A stretch of 64,000 nucleotides of DNA from Paramecium tetraurelia (taxonomy: Eukaryota): NCBI GenBank assembly GCA_000165425.1, contig CT868097.1:192867-256866 (forward strand), in the 5' to 3' direction. The notes under the pieces are model-generated. The model did no database searches. It was not told the DNA's origin and worked only from the letters and a program-made list of their open reading frames with translations. Made by a program: the position numbers and the translations under genes. Every line of letters begins with the position of its first letter. The first letter of the stretch is position 1. Shown in pieces: positions 40,808 to 54,555 of this stretch.

Positions 40808-41232
40808 GTGATTTGCAAATCATAAGCCCCCTTGTGTTTATAGGTTAGTATAACTAGCTTATATTTATTGGATGTCTTAAGAAAGTCAGGCCATTCTAAT
40901 CAAATTGAAAAAACCGCCAAATATTAGTAATCTAACTCAGATTTAAGAAATTTAACTCCACCCCTAGACATTCTTGTCACCACAACAGTCTTAATCTGAG
41001 GAGTGAACATTTCATTAAACATCAACTACACTCTCTTAGTGCAGTCTGTTAGATTAGAATACTTGATGGAAATCCCAATTCTCTTCTTAGGGCAACAGAC
41101 GATTCTCAGACCAGCATATTATGCCGACACTTTCTGTCCCAAAGGAAAGGAGGACTTTAACCCCAGGGTTTGTTTATGTAATTGCTTACATTCGTGTATA
41201 TGTGCCCCGATGACTAAGCAATTTGCAAAATC
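40808..41232 (-). ncRNA. RNase MRP RNA
   Basis: Minus strand: P1 end pairing (GAUUUUGCAAAUUG / UGAUUUGCAAAUC), P2 UUAGU/ACUAA, P3 CGGGG..CCCUG with UACAC loop and AUGUAA-GCAA-UUACAU, CR-I UAAAGUCCUC, P8 GACA-GAAAG-UGUC (GARAR loop), CR-IV UAGUUA, CR-V ACACAAGGGGGCUUA. Confidence 0.9.
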
Positions 41233-41429
41233 TTTTGTTTATTTTTATTTAAATTATTGAAAAATAATCACAACTTAATTTAGTCAAATAATGGAGATAT
41301 AATTATTTGAATGCTTTTAAAATGAATGTAATGAAAACAATTATTCTTTAAAATACGTGATTATAATATAGGTTTAAATAAAATTATTGGGGGTGATTAT
41401 ATTTATAATTTTTATCATAACAGACAAAT

Positions 41430-42619
41430 ATGTTTAAGGTTCTTATTGCACTTAAATCCTAATAATAATTCAAGTGTTCAGTGACAATGGCAGGGAAGAC
41501 CAAAGTGATAACCCTACCATAATCTGAAGGATTAACATTTAATGTAGAGTATTATAATTAATATATATAATAAGCTAATTAAGCGCAATCTAGTTAAAAT
41601 ACAATGATGAAATCTTTCGAATTCAAATGAATGAGGATATCACTGAGACAACTGGTGAGTATAAATTTACAAATGTTAGCGGCTAATACTTTATTGTGTT
41701 GATATAGGATGTTGAGAAACCATTTAAATTAAACATAAAATAAAATGCCTAAACATCAGAATCGCCTCTGAAGAAAAATGATACAGAAAGGAGTCTGACT
41801 GCGAGCAATAAGAAAATAAGCTTTAAGACTCCGACAAATAGATAGAAATCTGAATCTAATTAAAAATTGATACAATCCTTTGTTTTAGGAGATAATCTTA
41901 TGGAATAATTGAAATAGGAGAATAAAGAACTCAAATAAAGAATAATTGAGCTTGAAAATTAAGTGATGACGTTGTAAGAAAAAAATGAATAAAGAAGTGA
42001 TAAGATTGATTAATCCAAATAGGAAGTTTCAGCAAATGATATAAGAAATGATTTTTAAAATCTGTTAAGGTTACAGTAAAGATAAGCTCAAGAGAACAAA
42101 TAATTACTTAAGCAATTGATGGATTTAGATACTAATTATTAAGAATTGCTAGAAAAAAAATCGTTGGTTGATTAGGAAGTAACAAAATTAAAATAAACTA
42201 TCAGCTAATTTGATTGTCAAATAACTTAATTAAAAAGCAGATTAACATAATTTGAAATAGATGGGTTAAGTCAAAACATTTAATTAAATTTATAAATTGC
42301 ATAACCAATAGAGAATGATGAAATAGTGGACAACTTAATTAAACTCATATTAAAAATGAGAGCAACTGGATCCCAATACATTCCTATTAAGGAAGACAAA
42401 TTGGACTCCAAATTAGCATAGATTATTGCTAAAGATCATACTTAACAATACCAATTTATTCGATTGAAATAAGGTTTATATTTGATAGGAGAGGATTAAT
42501 ATTAATTATTTTTGTAAGATAATAAGATTATGATTACAACTGAAGATGGCGTGTCATAACTTTAAGATTTTATTAAGAGTCGAAAAAGAGTAAAATCAAT
42601 TAATGTTCGTAAAGCTTGA
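41430..42619 (+). CDS. coiled-coil protein with C-terminal GAS2/GAR-like domain
   Basis: YIPIKEDKLDSKLAQII...QFIRLKQGLYLIGE...KIMITTEDGVSQLQDFI after a long coiled coil. Confidence 0.7.
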
Positions 42620-42724
42620 GATTATATTTGTTAGTATATATATTATAATTGAAAAGACATTAATCATTCAGTATTAGTTCAGAATTTCATTTTTTTATTT
42701 ATCTTTTAGTTAACTTTATTGAAG

Positions 42725-43339
42725 ATGCAAAATATAACAGGATCTGGAGTGATGGTCTTTATCAAACACAAAGAAGATACCTTAGTGTTATTATTGCAGA
42801 ACATTAGAAAGAGATAATTGGTTTTGATGGAACCTGGAGGGAATCAAGAAGTAGGTCTTTCGTCAATGAGTAATGCATTGAAGGAATTGTATGAAGAAAC
42901 ATTCGCAGGATTATCAAAGTCAGATTTAGATGAAGAACATAAAGTACTTGTGAATTACTAATACTTGTGCTATGCTGTCTACATTAAAATAGATGATTTA
43001 AATTTTTTTTAAGAAGTTATGGGAATGAACTAGAAAATATTGTAAATGGCAAATAGTCGATCATTGCATTCATTTAATGAGTGCAAAGGATTTAATATAG
43101 CCAATTTAAAAGACTTGATGAACGTGGATTTTCAGTATTATGAAAAAGACAATAATAAAATACCGCTTCATATTCGAACCCAAGCATCATTGAAGGAATT
43201 TCAAGCTAAAAAAATAATTCAAAAGGATTTATCAATATAATTGCCGTTGTTTTAATGTTCCTTAGATAAAATTAGAATAAAGAATCCAAAATCCCCTTTA
43301 CACGTGCTCAATAATTAATATACATATGTTATACATTGA
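42725..43339 (+). CDS. NUDIX hydrolase family protein, 204 aa
   Basis: Intronless 615-nt ORF; GSGVMVF and Nudix-box-like EPGGNQEVGLSSMSNALKELYEETFAGL. Confidence 0.8.
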
Positions 43340-43363
43340 AATATTATTAATATAATTAAAATA

Positions 43364-43705
43364 ATGAAAGTAGCAAAGAATTAAAAGCTAGTGTTAAATA
43401 ATAGGTTTTTGAATTACAAAGCCAAAGAGGATTTGATAAACTTCTTAGAGCAACCCTAGAAAGATGTTGAAATGAGTTAAGCAATTAGAATTAAAAAATC
43501 AACTATGATGAAAAAGATTATCGAAATATTTGAGAAGAATACAGGGATCTTGGAAGTAGAAGCAGAAGATGCCTTGATATCCAGATTGATTTCATCCTAT
43601 GAAGTATATAAGCGAAAGGGTATTCAACACTTTAGTGAGATATCTATTCGAAAGGAAGAAACAAAAGCAATTTTAAGAATAAAAGTTGTATTAAACCAAT
43701 AATGA
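43364..43705 (+). CDS. small hypothetical protein, 113 aa
   Basis: Intronless ORF MKVAKNQKLVLNNRFLNYK...KVVLNQQ*. Confidence 0.65.
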
Positions 43706-43724
43706 TGATTATTAAAATAAGTTT

Positions 43725-46700
43725 TCATTCTTCAATTTATACTCTGTCTATATAATAGCCCTAAATAATCCTATTACGATGTTCAATCTAATTAGCAAAC
43801 ACATAGCTAAATTCTCCAGTGTAAGTGGCATCTAAGAATTTCATAGTATCTTCTGAAACCATGATTCTACCAATTTATGAATTCTATTCCATTTTCTTTG
43901 CTAATGCAACATCCGACCCATAAATATCATATCTCACAATGTCTGTTCCTACTATTCCTCCAATGATATTTCCTGTATGTATTCCAATCCGCATATTGAT
44001 ATCAGGGTATTGAATGTTTTTCTTGAGTAAATTAACAATATCTAGCAATTGAAATCCCAAATTGACGACATTATAAGTTTCTTCCTCTCTGATTCCATTA
44101 TTAGCATCCAAAACTCCCATAACAACATAGCTATCTCCAATTGAATACAATTTATAAACATTGTTCTCAGTGCAAGCCACATCAAATTTATTAAAAAGTG
44201 AACTCAACATTTACAATACTTATTGAGCATCTACACTAGTAGAATATTTTGTAAAGCCAGCTATATCAGCATAGAGGATGGTTGCATTTTCAAAAACGTC
44301 AGGCAGAGTATCTTGTTCTTTAAAATATTATTATAAAATATGTGAAGGCAAGAGATGACTGATAATTTTATTTTATTCTTATTATTGTTACAAGAGTTGA
44401 TCATGAATATTATAATTCTAATAAAGCAAATCCTCATTTTGATTCCTCTAAACAAGAATAAATACCTCTATAGTAAGAATAAATATGATAGTTTCATTCC
44501 ACTAATTAGAAAAAGCTAGTATGAATATGACATTGATATATTTCAAAATGAATAGCAGTTTCCTATGGCGAGAAGTGAAATAAGGTAAGGCTCGTAAAAA
44601 GTATCCCAAACATAAAGTATAAGCTAGGATTAGAGTAATGTATGATCTTTCGATTGGATCATTAATAATGATTGTTATGATGGTGAATAAGATGCAAATG
44701 AAATACCCTATGATCATACTTATTTAGAAGATATATTTGTAGGCATCTCTTAGACAGAAAGGAACAACTATACAGCTCATTAGATAGAATGCAATCTTCA
44801 ATCCTTCGATAGTGAGATTGACTCCCAAATATTGCTGATATTCCATTAAAGCAAATAAAATTGGCAATTAAAAGATCATCAAATAGATAAAGAGAATAAG
44901 ACAATACTAAATCGTATCTTTAAACAATTTATGATTATAAATCCGAATCATTTCTTTATACTTGAATTATCTGAAATAAACTAAGTTTAATATATATTTA
45001 TTTACCTCTTCTAGCTTGATTAGTACCAAAGTCACATTTCACTCGTATCAATTCTTACATAATATCAGTTTCAATCTTCTCTTGATTACCAATAAGTTAT
45101 TATAATTTTGGAATTTCAATCTTTTCTTCTTATTACAAAGTAGAATCAAATAGATGATTGTTATTATTATTTTATAAGGATTTCTAGCTTTTAACATTAT
45201 TCTGGGGGCTCTTTGGCAATAAATCATCAATGTTTTTTTAGGAATCAGCTACTTTCAGATTATCAAATAGATCGCCAAATTGATCACCTAAGGGATCATC
45301 TTTCTTTTATTATTATTATTGTTATTATTATTGCTATTATTGTTATTACTATTAAACTTAATCATGTGATGACATCATTTAAGGATTCACTTCTTTAAAT
45401 CTAGTGACTCTACTCTTTCTATGCATAGTAATACGTCTATTTGATATATCCTCTACAATTCAATAATAAATAATTACATATTAACTTATTTGCTGTGATT
45501 ACATCTTAGATTACTTTACCAAACTATTCAACTGGTAATTAATAAACAGATTTATTTCTCGACATTGACGATTTCCTTGCTATATCGAATTAGAAACCAG
45601 CAGGATTGACAGCATTTGTCATAAGATCATTGATGAGAGGCTTATCATTTTAATCAAGTTTCTTAAATTAAATTGAACTGACTAATTTAATGATGGGTGA
45701 CTTGTCAACCTTTGTTGCAAAAGTACTTTTCTTATTAATGACAAGTGAATAGAGCACATAGATATTTTTGATATTGATTTCCTTAACTTAAAATTAATAC
45801 TTCATTTGTCTGACTCTGATATAGGCAGTTTCAGTCAACGAAATCCTTCCTGGTTCACAGACTGTGCAGGCTCTACTGGTTGTGTTAACAGTGTCTCCTA
45901 TCAATGAGAATTACGGTTTATGTTAGCCAATGACTCCAGCCATCACATTCCCATAATTAATCCCAATCTTTATAACTATCTGTTTATCTTAATATTTTAA
46001 ATTATTAGTTGATTCCATCATGGCTATTGCACATTCAATCATTTTCTATGTTGAGTTTTTTGATTGCTTATCAATTATATCATAGTCTTTTAATCCAGAT
46101 GCACAAACATAAATCTATCCTACTGTCTCGATCTTTTAGATGTTATACTGATTGCATATTGTATCAAAGGTCCTATAAATAGAATCCAGAAAACTTATGA
46201 TTGACACTTTCTCAGATTCAATAATGTCATCGAAGTCGCAGATCTCACAAAAGAGGATTGTGACTGGCCCTTAATCTTCCTATATTTATATATATCCTCT
46301 AGCCATTCGCTCCTTAATAAATCTGGGCATCAATATTCCCAAAGCGTCATTCAATTTCTTCTGTTCCTTCTCCAATTGCTCTTGCAATAGAAAGTTTTGT
46401 CTCCTCAAATACTCATTCACATAGCATAAGTAATATCCACTTACAATTGATAAACTACATATGATTATCAAAGCCAAAACAAACATGATCTATTTCTATG
46501 GGAAGTATTGATATTTAGGTATTATGAATTTCAATACCACTCCCAAGCTAATTAAACTCATAAGGATTATCGTACCTTTAAATTTCAAACTCTGCTTTAT
46601 TGAGTAATTCAGCAGGATTATCATAAATATTGACGTAAATATAATTTAATTCAATATGTAATCCTAATCCAATAAGAATGTTGTTATAAATTAAAATAAA

Positions 46701-49700
46701 AACCTACTTAAGATGCTGATTAATTGTAAATTTTATTAGATTTTATGAGGAGTGATTTCCAAGTATTACAGTATATAAATTGTAATACTGTAGAACAGTT
46801 ACACCCCCCATAAGATGTAGATTGCTATATTCTTTTCAATATAGTTAACTTAGATCAATAGATTAACGAAGATTGTAGCTTCAAAGATGATATACAAGAT
46901 TGAATTCTGACTCATGGATTCTTGGTATCGAATTTCAAATTCCTTTTGATTGAAGGTCAAGTTTTTCTTCAATTCTATTTATTCATCATTATTAATATTG
47001 TTATTCAAGGCCTTATAGATTGAATCGTCCATCTAATTGTTATCTGCCAAAATAGATTTGATGAATTTCTTCCTCTATTAGATAGACAACTGCAAACTTT
47101 GCTTAGTGGTTCTCTACTTCTTTGTCTACTCAATACATTTAAAATTTTATTCATCTGTTATCACAGTATCTTGGAACATCTCCAAATTGTACAATTATAG
47201 TATAGAAGTGACTGCAAATTTAAATACAAAGGCAAATATGTAAACGAAGATTAAACTTCTAATTATATATCCAGGACTATAAAACAAATCTGAGTAAGTT
47301 ACTTTATAATCACTATAATCAGGTATAGTTAGGAATGTCACCAAAGCTACAATGAATACGCTTAAAAATAACAAACCCAAAAGTTGTTTATGTTGTTGCT
47401 AGAATATTTAGAAATACAATTATATTTTAACTATTAATTCTAGAGTAATTATAAAAGCAAATTGGGATATTGGCAAATAATTGGAATCTCCATATAAGTA
47501 TTTTGTGGCATACAAAGGAATGATCACAATTGTTGCATCAATCACTCCAACAAAGAATATTTTAATTAATGAATCCTTGTTAAACAGAGATTTGACTAAG
47601 CATCTTTAAGGTATCAACCCTTTGTAATAGACATCTGAAGTCTTGAATCGTTTATTGTGAGATATCAACTGAATCATCACTGTAAAGGTTTGACTTAATA
47701 GAAGGAGGACGTTACAACTTTAAGTTAAAAACTACCCCTAGTTGATGAGATTGATTAAGACAAATAGAATCATCTCGTAAAGCCAAAAGTAAAGAATCTG
47801 TTAGGCCAGCAAAGACGAACTTATACACTGAATTATTAGGATTGATTCTGCACATCTTAAAGAATTGACTAAATAGCAAGGTTTGGATTGAGTGTAGCAT
47901 TTCGGGTTGATGTCAATTGATATTTAACTCATCTGATAAACCCTTTGAGTGTTAGCACAACTGCCGATGTATCCAATTTACATATTGAGTTTTTTGGCAA
48001 TCTTAAATAATTTAACCTTAGAGATCTCCATACTATCATACAAGGCCAACCCTCTGCTAAACCAAACGATTATGGCAAAATGATTTAAGAGATACTCATC
48101 TTTGATTATAGTTAACAAGGCTTCACAACTCAGGAGAATGTACTTCTTTTCAAAGTCTTGTGCTTCAAATATTCTAATGTTTAATTTCACATTTACCTCT
48201 GTTACTTAATCAGATTTGAACAGGCACTCTAAATAGCGAATTTCAAGGTTCTCTCATCTCCGCAATTAAATTGATTTAAATCGTTTTCATTCTCTATGAA
48301 TTTTGCATCAAACAAAAACCTTAGAACTACGAATTGATTTTCAGCAGAAACCAACCATGTATTTAACTAAATATTGATTTTAAATACATTAGCTTAAGAG
48401 AATGCATCAATGGTCAGAAGAGCACTTTGATCTATCTTTGCATGAGTTCCTATAATCATGAGCAATTCGGCCTAGGATTCTAATTGTAAATACAACAATT
48501 CAAGCTAATCTTCGTCTGCTGTGTATGAATTCATGATGTTCATTTTGTTTAATAGGAATTACTTAGCTTCACTCTTTTTGAGTTGCTTCTTAAAATACAG
48601 AGTTGGCTATTGACCCTATTTCAACATATAATACAAGGTTGAATTAGTTTCTAACACATTGATATTCATGTTAGTGTTTTCATACATTTGAGAAGTTTCA
48701 ATTTTTACATAAAGCAGTGCACCTTCATCCTCATTGAACTCTTCTGGATCTTTTAGGAGTACTGAATAGACTCCGATTCTATTTTTTGTTTGTTTATTTT
48801 CACTCAGGATCTTATATTATTTCAATTTGCCTTATATTTCAATGATTTTGAGTTGACTTTTGAGAATTATGTCATAAATTTAACGCTCAGCTTCAATACT
48901 ACATTTAAGTTTGTATTCTAAGAGATTGCAGAACTCAATTAAAATATAATCTTATGGGTTCTTACAATATGTTTCTATTGTTTTTTTTTATTCGTTGTAT
49001 TTATTCTCAATCTCACATAACAACAAGAGTGCAACAACTTTCTCGTGATATTAATTATCGAAGTCATCAAACAGTTGAGTTATAAATTATTATTCATTCA
49101 ATTATTGCTTTTATAATTGATTAATAGACGAACTCTAGTCACTTCCACTCTTGACAACCTTTGTTCTAAATGATATGGTTTTGCCTAAGGAATTCTTTAG
49201 TTTCTTCTATTGAGATGCATCAATGGTTTTTTTTGAAAGGGAAAATTATAAGTTTGAGCTGATCCCATAATTTTATCTCTCCTCTTAATTATGAGGAGAA
49301 TAAGGATGCGAGTTAATTAATTCGCTGTAATCCTTTTTGTCCTCATCAAATATGTCATTCTCTCTGCCTGTATCTAATAGGGTCTTGTAGTAATTATCCC
49401 CCAATTATATTTGATTGTTATTCATTACTGTCACCAATTATTTATATTTGAATGTGTATTGCTTGTCATCAATATAAATAGACTGGATTTTCCTCTTCCT
49501 TTGGAAATACTATTGATTCAATTCCAAACACACCAAATTTACTTTCGAGCATTTCCAATACTTGGAGAAATTATATTAATGTTTACATTAGTTTATTACA
49601 TCATAACCGAAAAGTCTTTGATGTCATCGTATTTTGATAATTTATTCTAAGAATAGATTTCAGTCATATTCTTTACTCTATTAAATTCAATCCAAATATG

Positions 49701-51010
49701 TTTATCATCTTAGACGACTTAAAATTTTACATAATTATTTACTATCCTTCCCTTAATTATTTCCTTATTCAATGGCATTAATTGGCTTAACCTTCTTTTG
49801 AATGCTCGGCTGTTTGATGTAATTAAAAATCTAAACAAATTCTTTATAGAATATGGAATATAATGGAATTAACATAGAATTGAAACATAAGTGAATCCCA
49901 TAACTCGATTTATAAATCAGATTACCAAGCTAAAATTACCTAATCACATACCAAACTAATAACATATCCAAGAACAATCATGCCAATAAAAAATAATGAC
50001 TTCTATCGTTTGTGTTTGATTGGCTTATAAATGCGTAAACAATTATTGCCAGCCACTAATACTATTCCCAATGCCCAATCTGTATTTAAAAGCTTCTCTC
50101 CACTAAAAATAATGTTATCCTGATTGAATTTAAACACTTTTGGATCATTTTTTAATTTTATCATTCCCATCAAACTGGATTTCTTGCCAAAAGAGTAGGA
50201 ATACTAAATTTGCCCATTTAATGTTAACTTGAATTCAACTAACAACCCTTTTGTGTCTGATTTTGGTTAGACTATGATAAATATGTTACTTACTGAAAGT
50301 GGATTAACAAGGAATGGTTATTTTAGGTGTTGAAATACCAAATTCATTTTAATCTATTTATACAACTGGATGACTTGATTCTAAAAGCAATACATCTGCA
50401 GGGCATTCATGTGTTTTTTATAGGATAACAATGTCACCAACTTTAATCTATTCTCTTAATACTTATTTTTGTGGATAGAAATAAGTATTTATATCCTCGG
50501 ATGAATCTGATGCCAAAGGTTCTTTGGAATGAATAAAGTTCTCCAATATACTATATCTCTATTCATTCAATTAGGATTCGACTATTCTAAAATTACGAAA
50601 TTTAAGAAAGCATTTTGTCACATAGAGAGTGTAATCTAAAAGCAAAACTATGCTTTAAAATAAAACAACCAAATTGCTTTTGAAATATTCATTTCTAATT
50701 ACCTAGCTGCATCATCCTAAAGAACCCAACTAATAATGATGTAGACCATAATCATCAGGATTTCAAATCTCCATAGAAACGATAAGACTTCTAATATGTG
50801 TTATTTAAAAGTAAATGATTGAACTTTGTTGCCAATATAAGATTTGCCATAACCAGTAAGCGACTTGACTTCTCCATTCACAAGTTCAATCTTCACTAAT
50901 CAATAAGTAAACTTACCTTCTTCAAGTTATTCTCTGTCTTCTATTGGATGAGTTTCTAGACCTTTGATGATTATTTCATGTACAGGTACATTATCAAAGA
51001 ATTTAGCCAT
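43725..51010 (-). CDS. bifunctional P-type-ATPase-like / membrane guanylyl cyclase (~2400 aa)
   Basis: A-domain IKVGDIVILQKTHECPADVLLL; two multi-TM cassettes, each followed by a class III cyclase domain: C1 VTILFCEICDF..KIETVG..QFSLIGDTVNTTSR and C2 ATILYADIAGFT..KLYSIGDSY..RYDIYGSDV, the alveolate GC architecture. Confidence 0.92.
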
Positions 51011-51049
51011 CTCATAATTTATTACAGAAAAAAAATAAATTTTTAAATC

Positions 51050-54000
51050 TCATTTGCCCTGCTTACGTAAACTGGGTGAACGAGCTCTTGGAGAAAGAGG
51101 AGGTGAAATTCTGGGTTCATCCATACCAAACCCTGACTTCTTCATTATTCTCAAAATTTGAACAGGACTCTTGGGACTCAGAAGAGTGCTTCTTCTCGGG
51201 GACTATTCGACAAGCAAAAAACCCTTTCTCAAAAAGCTTTAGTAATTGGGATTTAAATACGGCTGCTTGTGCATAGCTTATATTTTATATATAGTGTATT
51301 CATACCACAATACAGTGCCGCATTATAAACAGTCAAAGTGTCTTAGTAATTCAAATATGAAGGTTCTTCCTCTTATTCAGTCTTCTTGCTCACTTTTATT
51401 TTTGGCAACCAATCCTACTTTGAAATATTTGTGAAAAGATCATAAAATACAGTGAATTAAGGAGATCTAAAGTAAATTAAATACACTTACCTTTTTACCA
51501 CATTAAAATAAATGTGTGTTAACAGAGTCTCTAATTTGACATGTAATGGCAAACTATATCTTGAGGATGAAGTAGCTTCAGTGATTTCCCCCACAGGTCC
51601 TGGACTTACATATTCTGCTAATCTTGCTAATGCTTCATAGAATTCTAATTAACTCATTCTAATATGTCGATCCTAAGTTAATTCATCTGCTTATGACATC
51701 ATTGAAAAGTTATAAATAATGACTATCAATTTTTCATTAATGTAATCCATCAATCCCATTTACTTACAAAAATCCTTGAACTCTTTGATTGCTACCCATT
51801 TCATTTTAAAATACCATTTTCTATTATTCAAGTCTGTAACATAATCATACAGCTTCTTTAAGAAAGGAGTCTTAAATTATATTAAGCATTCGCATTCTTT
51901 ATTCCAATACCTCTCATCTCTCCATTTTTAACAAGTATCAAAGTTTTTGAAATGCTCCTTAAATTCTCTAATTAATCTATAAACAGCATCAGCATGATTC
52001 TTAACAATATTGGTTCTTACATATTTATCATTAGCCAAACGGAAAAACATTTCTAAAAATTGAAATCTAATAAGAGCCTTTTCAGGATTATATAAATATT
52101 TTGGATCAATATTATTCTTAATAGATGCTAAGTCAATTTCCACATCCTATAATTTAACTGACTCATTGTCTATTATTCCAATTTGTTATATCATTTTTAT
52201 ATATGATTGGAAGGATATTGAAAAGCATTCTGATTAGAAATATCCATTGCTAGAATAGAACTTATAAATATCCTTGATTAATTGATAATTTTCTCTTAAA
52301 TATTCTTTTAACTTCATTTATTCATAATCATTTTTTACAAATCTATTAATCTTACTACAATTCCAATCAAATTAAAAACATTCATTTAAGATCTCCTCAT
52401 TGTCTTATTAAAATTACTATTTGAATAAGGATTCCTCGATATTCCATTAATGATAATTTAGTTGTTTTCTCTTTAAATTATTCCCCATTCTCCTTAAAAC
52501 ATATTTCTTTTCAGAAGAACGTGGAAACAATCTAATAAGTGGCTTGTAATTGTTTTTATCATCAATAATAAATTCTTATTTTGTGAATAGCTAATTTACA
52601 AAAGCAATCTTTTTAAATTTCAAAACAGTCCCATCCGAAAAATAATGAAATTGATGTTTAGGATCTTTACCCTATAATGTTAGATTATCTTGGGGAGATG
52701 GAATATTATCCTAAGAGGGTTCTATAAAATACTATTCGATCAGAGGATTCGAAAAGAAATACAATATTCGTTGTTTAGGAGGACACATTTAATATGTAGA
52801 GTAACAAAACTTTTACAATTCATCAAGTATTTCTTTTGATAAAATGCTACTTTTTCTCTCTTATGGTTTAGAGACATTTAAAGTAGAAGGGCTGTTCTAT
52901 TGTTTTTATTGAACATCCTTTTTTAATAATTGTTCCTTCTATTACTCAATTAGTTAGGCTTTAAGTTCTGAACTTGATGTCATAGGAATTGGTTTATAAC
53001 TAAATTAAGGAATAAGTGTACTTCAAGAAATCTAAATGAAGAAAGATTGGAGTGTCTGGTTATTCAATATCTGGTGTGTATTGGAATCGATGTTCTACCC
53101 ATCCTTAACAGATCCAGCAACAGTTTTAGGTAGTTATTCTAGTGGATTCAGGTATGTAATTGACACCATCAATTTGGTATTTTATCTAGCTGAACTCTTC
53201 ATTTATTTATTAAAATTAAATGAATCCGTATGGATCGATAAATCCTTCAAATTTATTACCTTCTAGATGGATTCCATAGAGTGAGTTGTTTTTTAATAGT
53301 GCGTCGTTAAGTTAACGTATTTATTTCTCAGATAATTAGTTGTAGGATATATCCAAATGAACTAAACTTAGTTAGGTATTTAATAGTGCTTAACACCAAA
53401 ATGAAATACAATTTGATTTTTCATTTGATCCTATTCGATTGTAACTTAAATCTAATACTTTCAATACTCGATTGACTAACAAAGCCTTGGCTATAAATAT
53501 CCCAGTTGTGGAACCCAATTGATTCCAGTTTATCACTAATACTTCTAATCCAGACGATTTGATTAGTAAATCGTATAGTGATTGTCCTATGGCATCAGAG
53601 AGATTATTCTCTGAGATGATTAATTTACTAAGAAGGGCATTCTTATGCAGATTCTTAAAAAAGTTATTAGCCCCGTGATCGCCTATGAAATTGTTGGCAA
53701 TATTAAGAATCTTGAGACTTTTAATAACAAATTCCATTACTTTTGAAATCGACTCAGATGTTCAGCTAATATATGAACTCCCTTAGATCCAAGCTAATTG
53801 TCCTTCAGATTCAAGTCCTTCATGATGGGTGGGAAGCATTAGACCAAACTCAAAAATAGTTTATCATTAATCTTATTTCCTTAGAAGATGAGTTATTTGA
53901 CATTCTATTGCTTTTGCAACAGAATCTTAATGAGAGGGTAATACTTCTCTCCAACTCCTAAATTTGTTAAATTTATCAATTTATCTTCTTTTAAATGAGA

Positions 54001-54555
54001 GGCATCATCTATTCTTTTTGGAAACAAATTATCATTTTTACAATAAAAATGACCTGGATTTGTGAAATTCTATTCTAGATCTCCGAAATTCTCTGCTATA
54101 TCTCTAAGTTTTTCCTTCTTTTTAATGAAACCAAAGAATGATTCATCAGCATTCAATTTATTATTGATTGACAACATAGCTTGCTTGATAGCCGAAATGT
54201 CAAGGTGCACTTCTTATTAAGAGTCAGGAGATTTGGGAGCTGAATCACTTTCCAAATTAATTGATTCTTCTTCCTTTATAACGATCCTTGGTTTTTAGAA
54301 AACCTACGGCATGACCTTCTTTAGATTGCAACTACGCTTCGTTGCTTTTTTAGGAATTATTATTTCAACTAAATCCCCTTAATACTCAGTAAGCATCTAA
54401 TTTTACTCGTTGCGGTTCTCAGCCCTTCTTGAAAATGTCCTTGTTGATACACTTCTCTCAGGCAAAAAGAAGGTCTTCAACTTATCAAGACGTGATTATG
54501 AACGATCAGTTAATTTTGGGAGAGGAGAATGAGTCTTGCCTTTAAAATAATACAT
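51050..54555 (-). CDS. RNI-like leucine-rich-repeat protein with conserved C-terminal region
   Basis: LKILNIANNFIGDHG, LIISENNLSD, LVINWNQLG, VLDLSYNRIG; C-terminal LIRFQFLEMFFRLA and EFYEALARLA. Confidence 0.85.

Noticed and set aside
41090..41170. Telomerase RNA (ttaacccc) or RNase P RNA (GGUCUGAG) interpretation
   Set aside because: No UGUCA template-boundary element and no UUCAGAC-type P4 partner; the GARAR P8 loop and GGGGCU CR-V fit MRP
41003..41260. 85-aa plus-strand ORF in the ORF track
   Set aside because: It is antisense to the RNase MRP RNA, has a non-ATG start and shows no recognisable protein motifs
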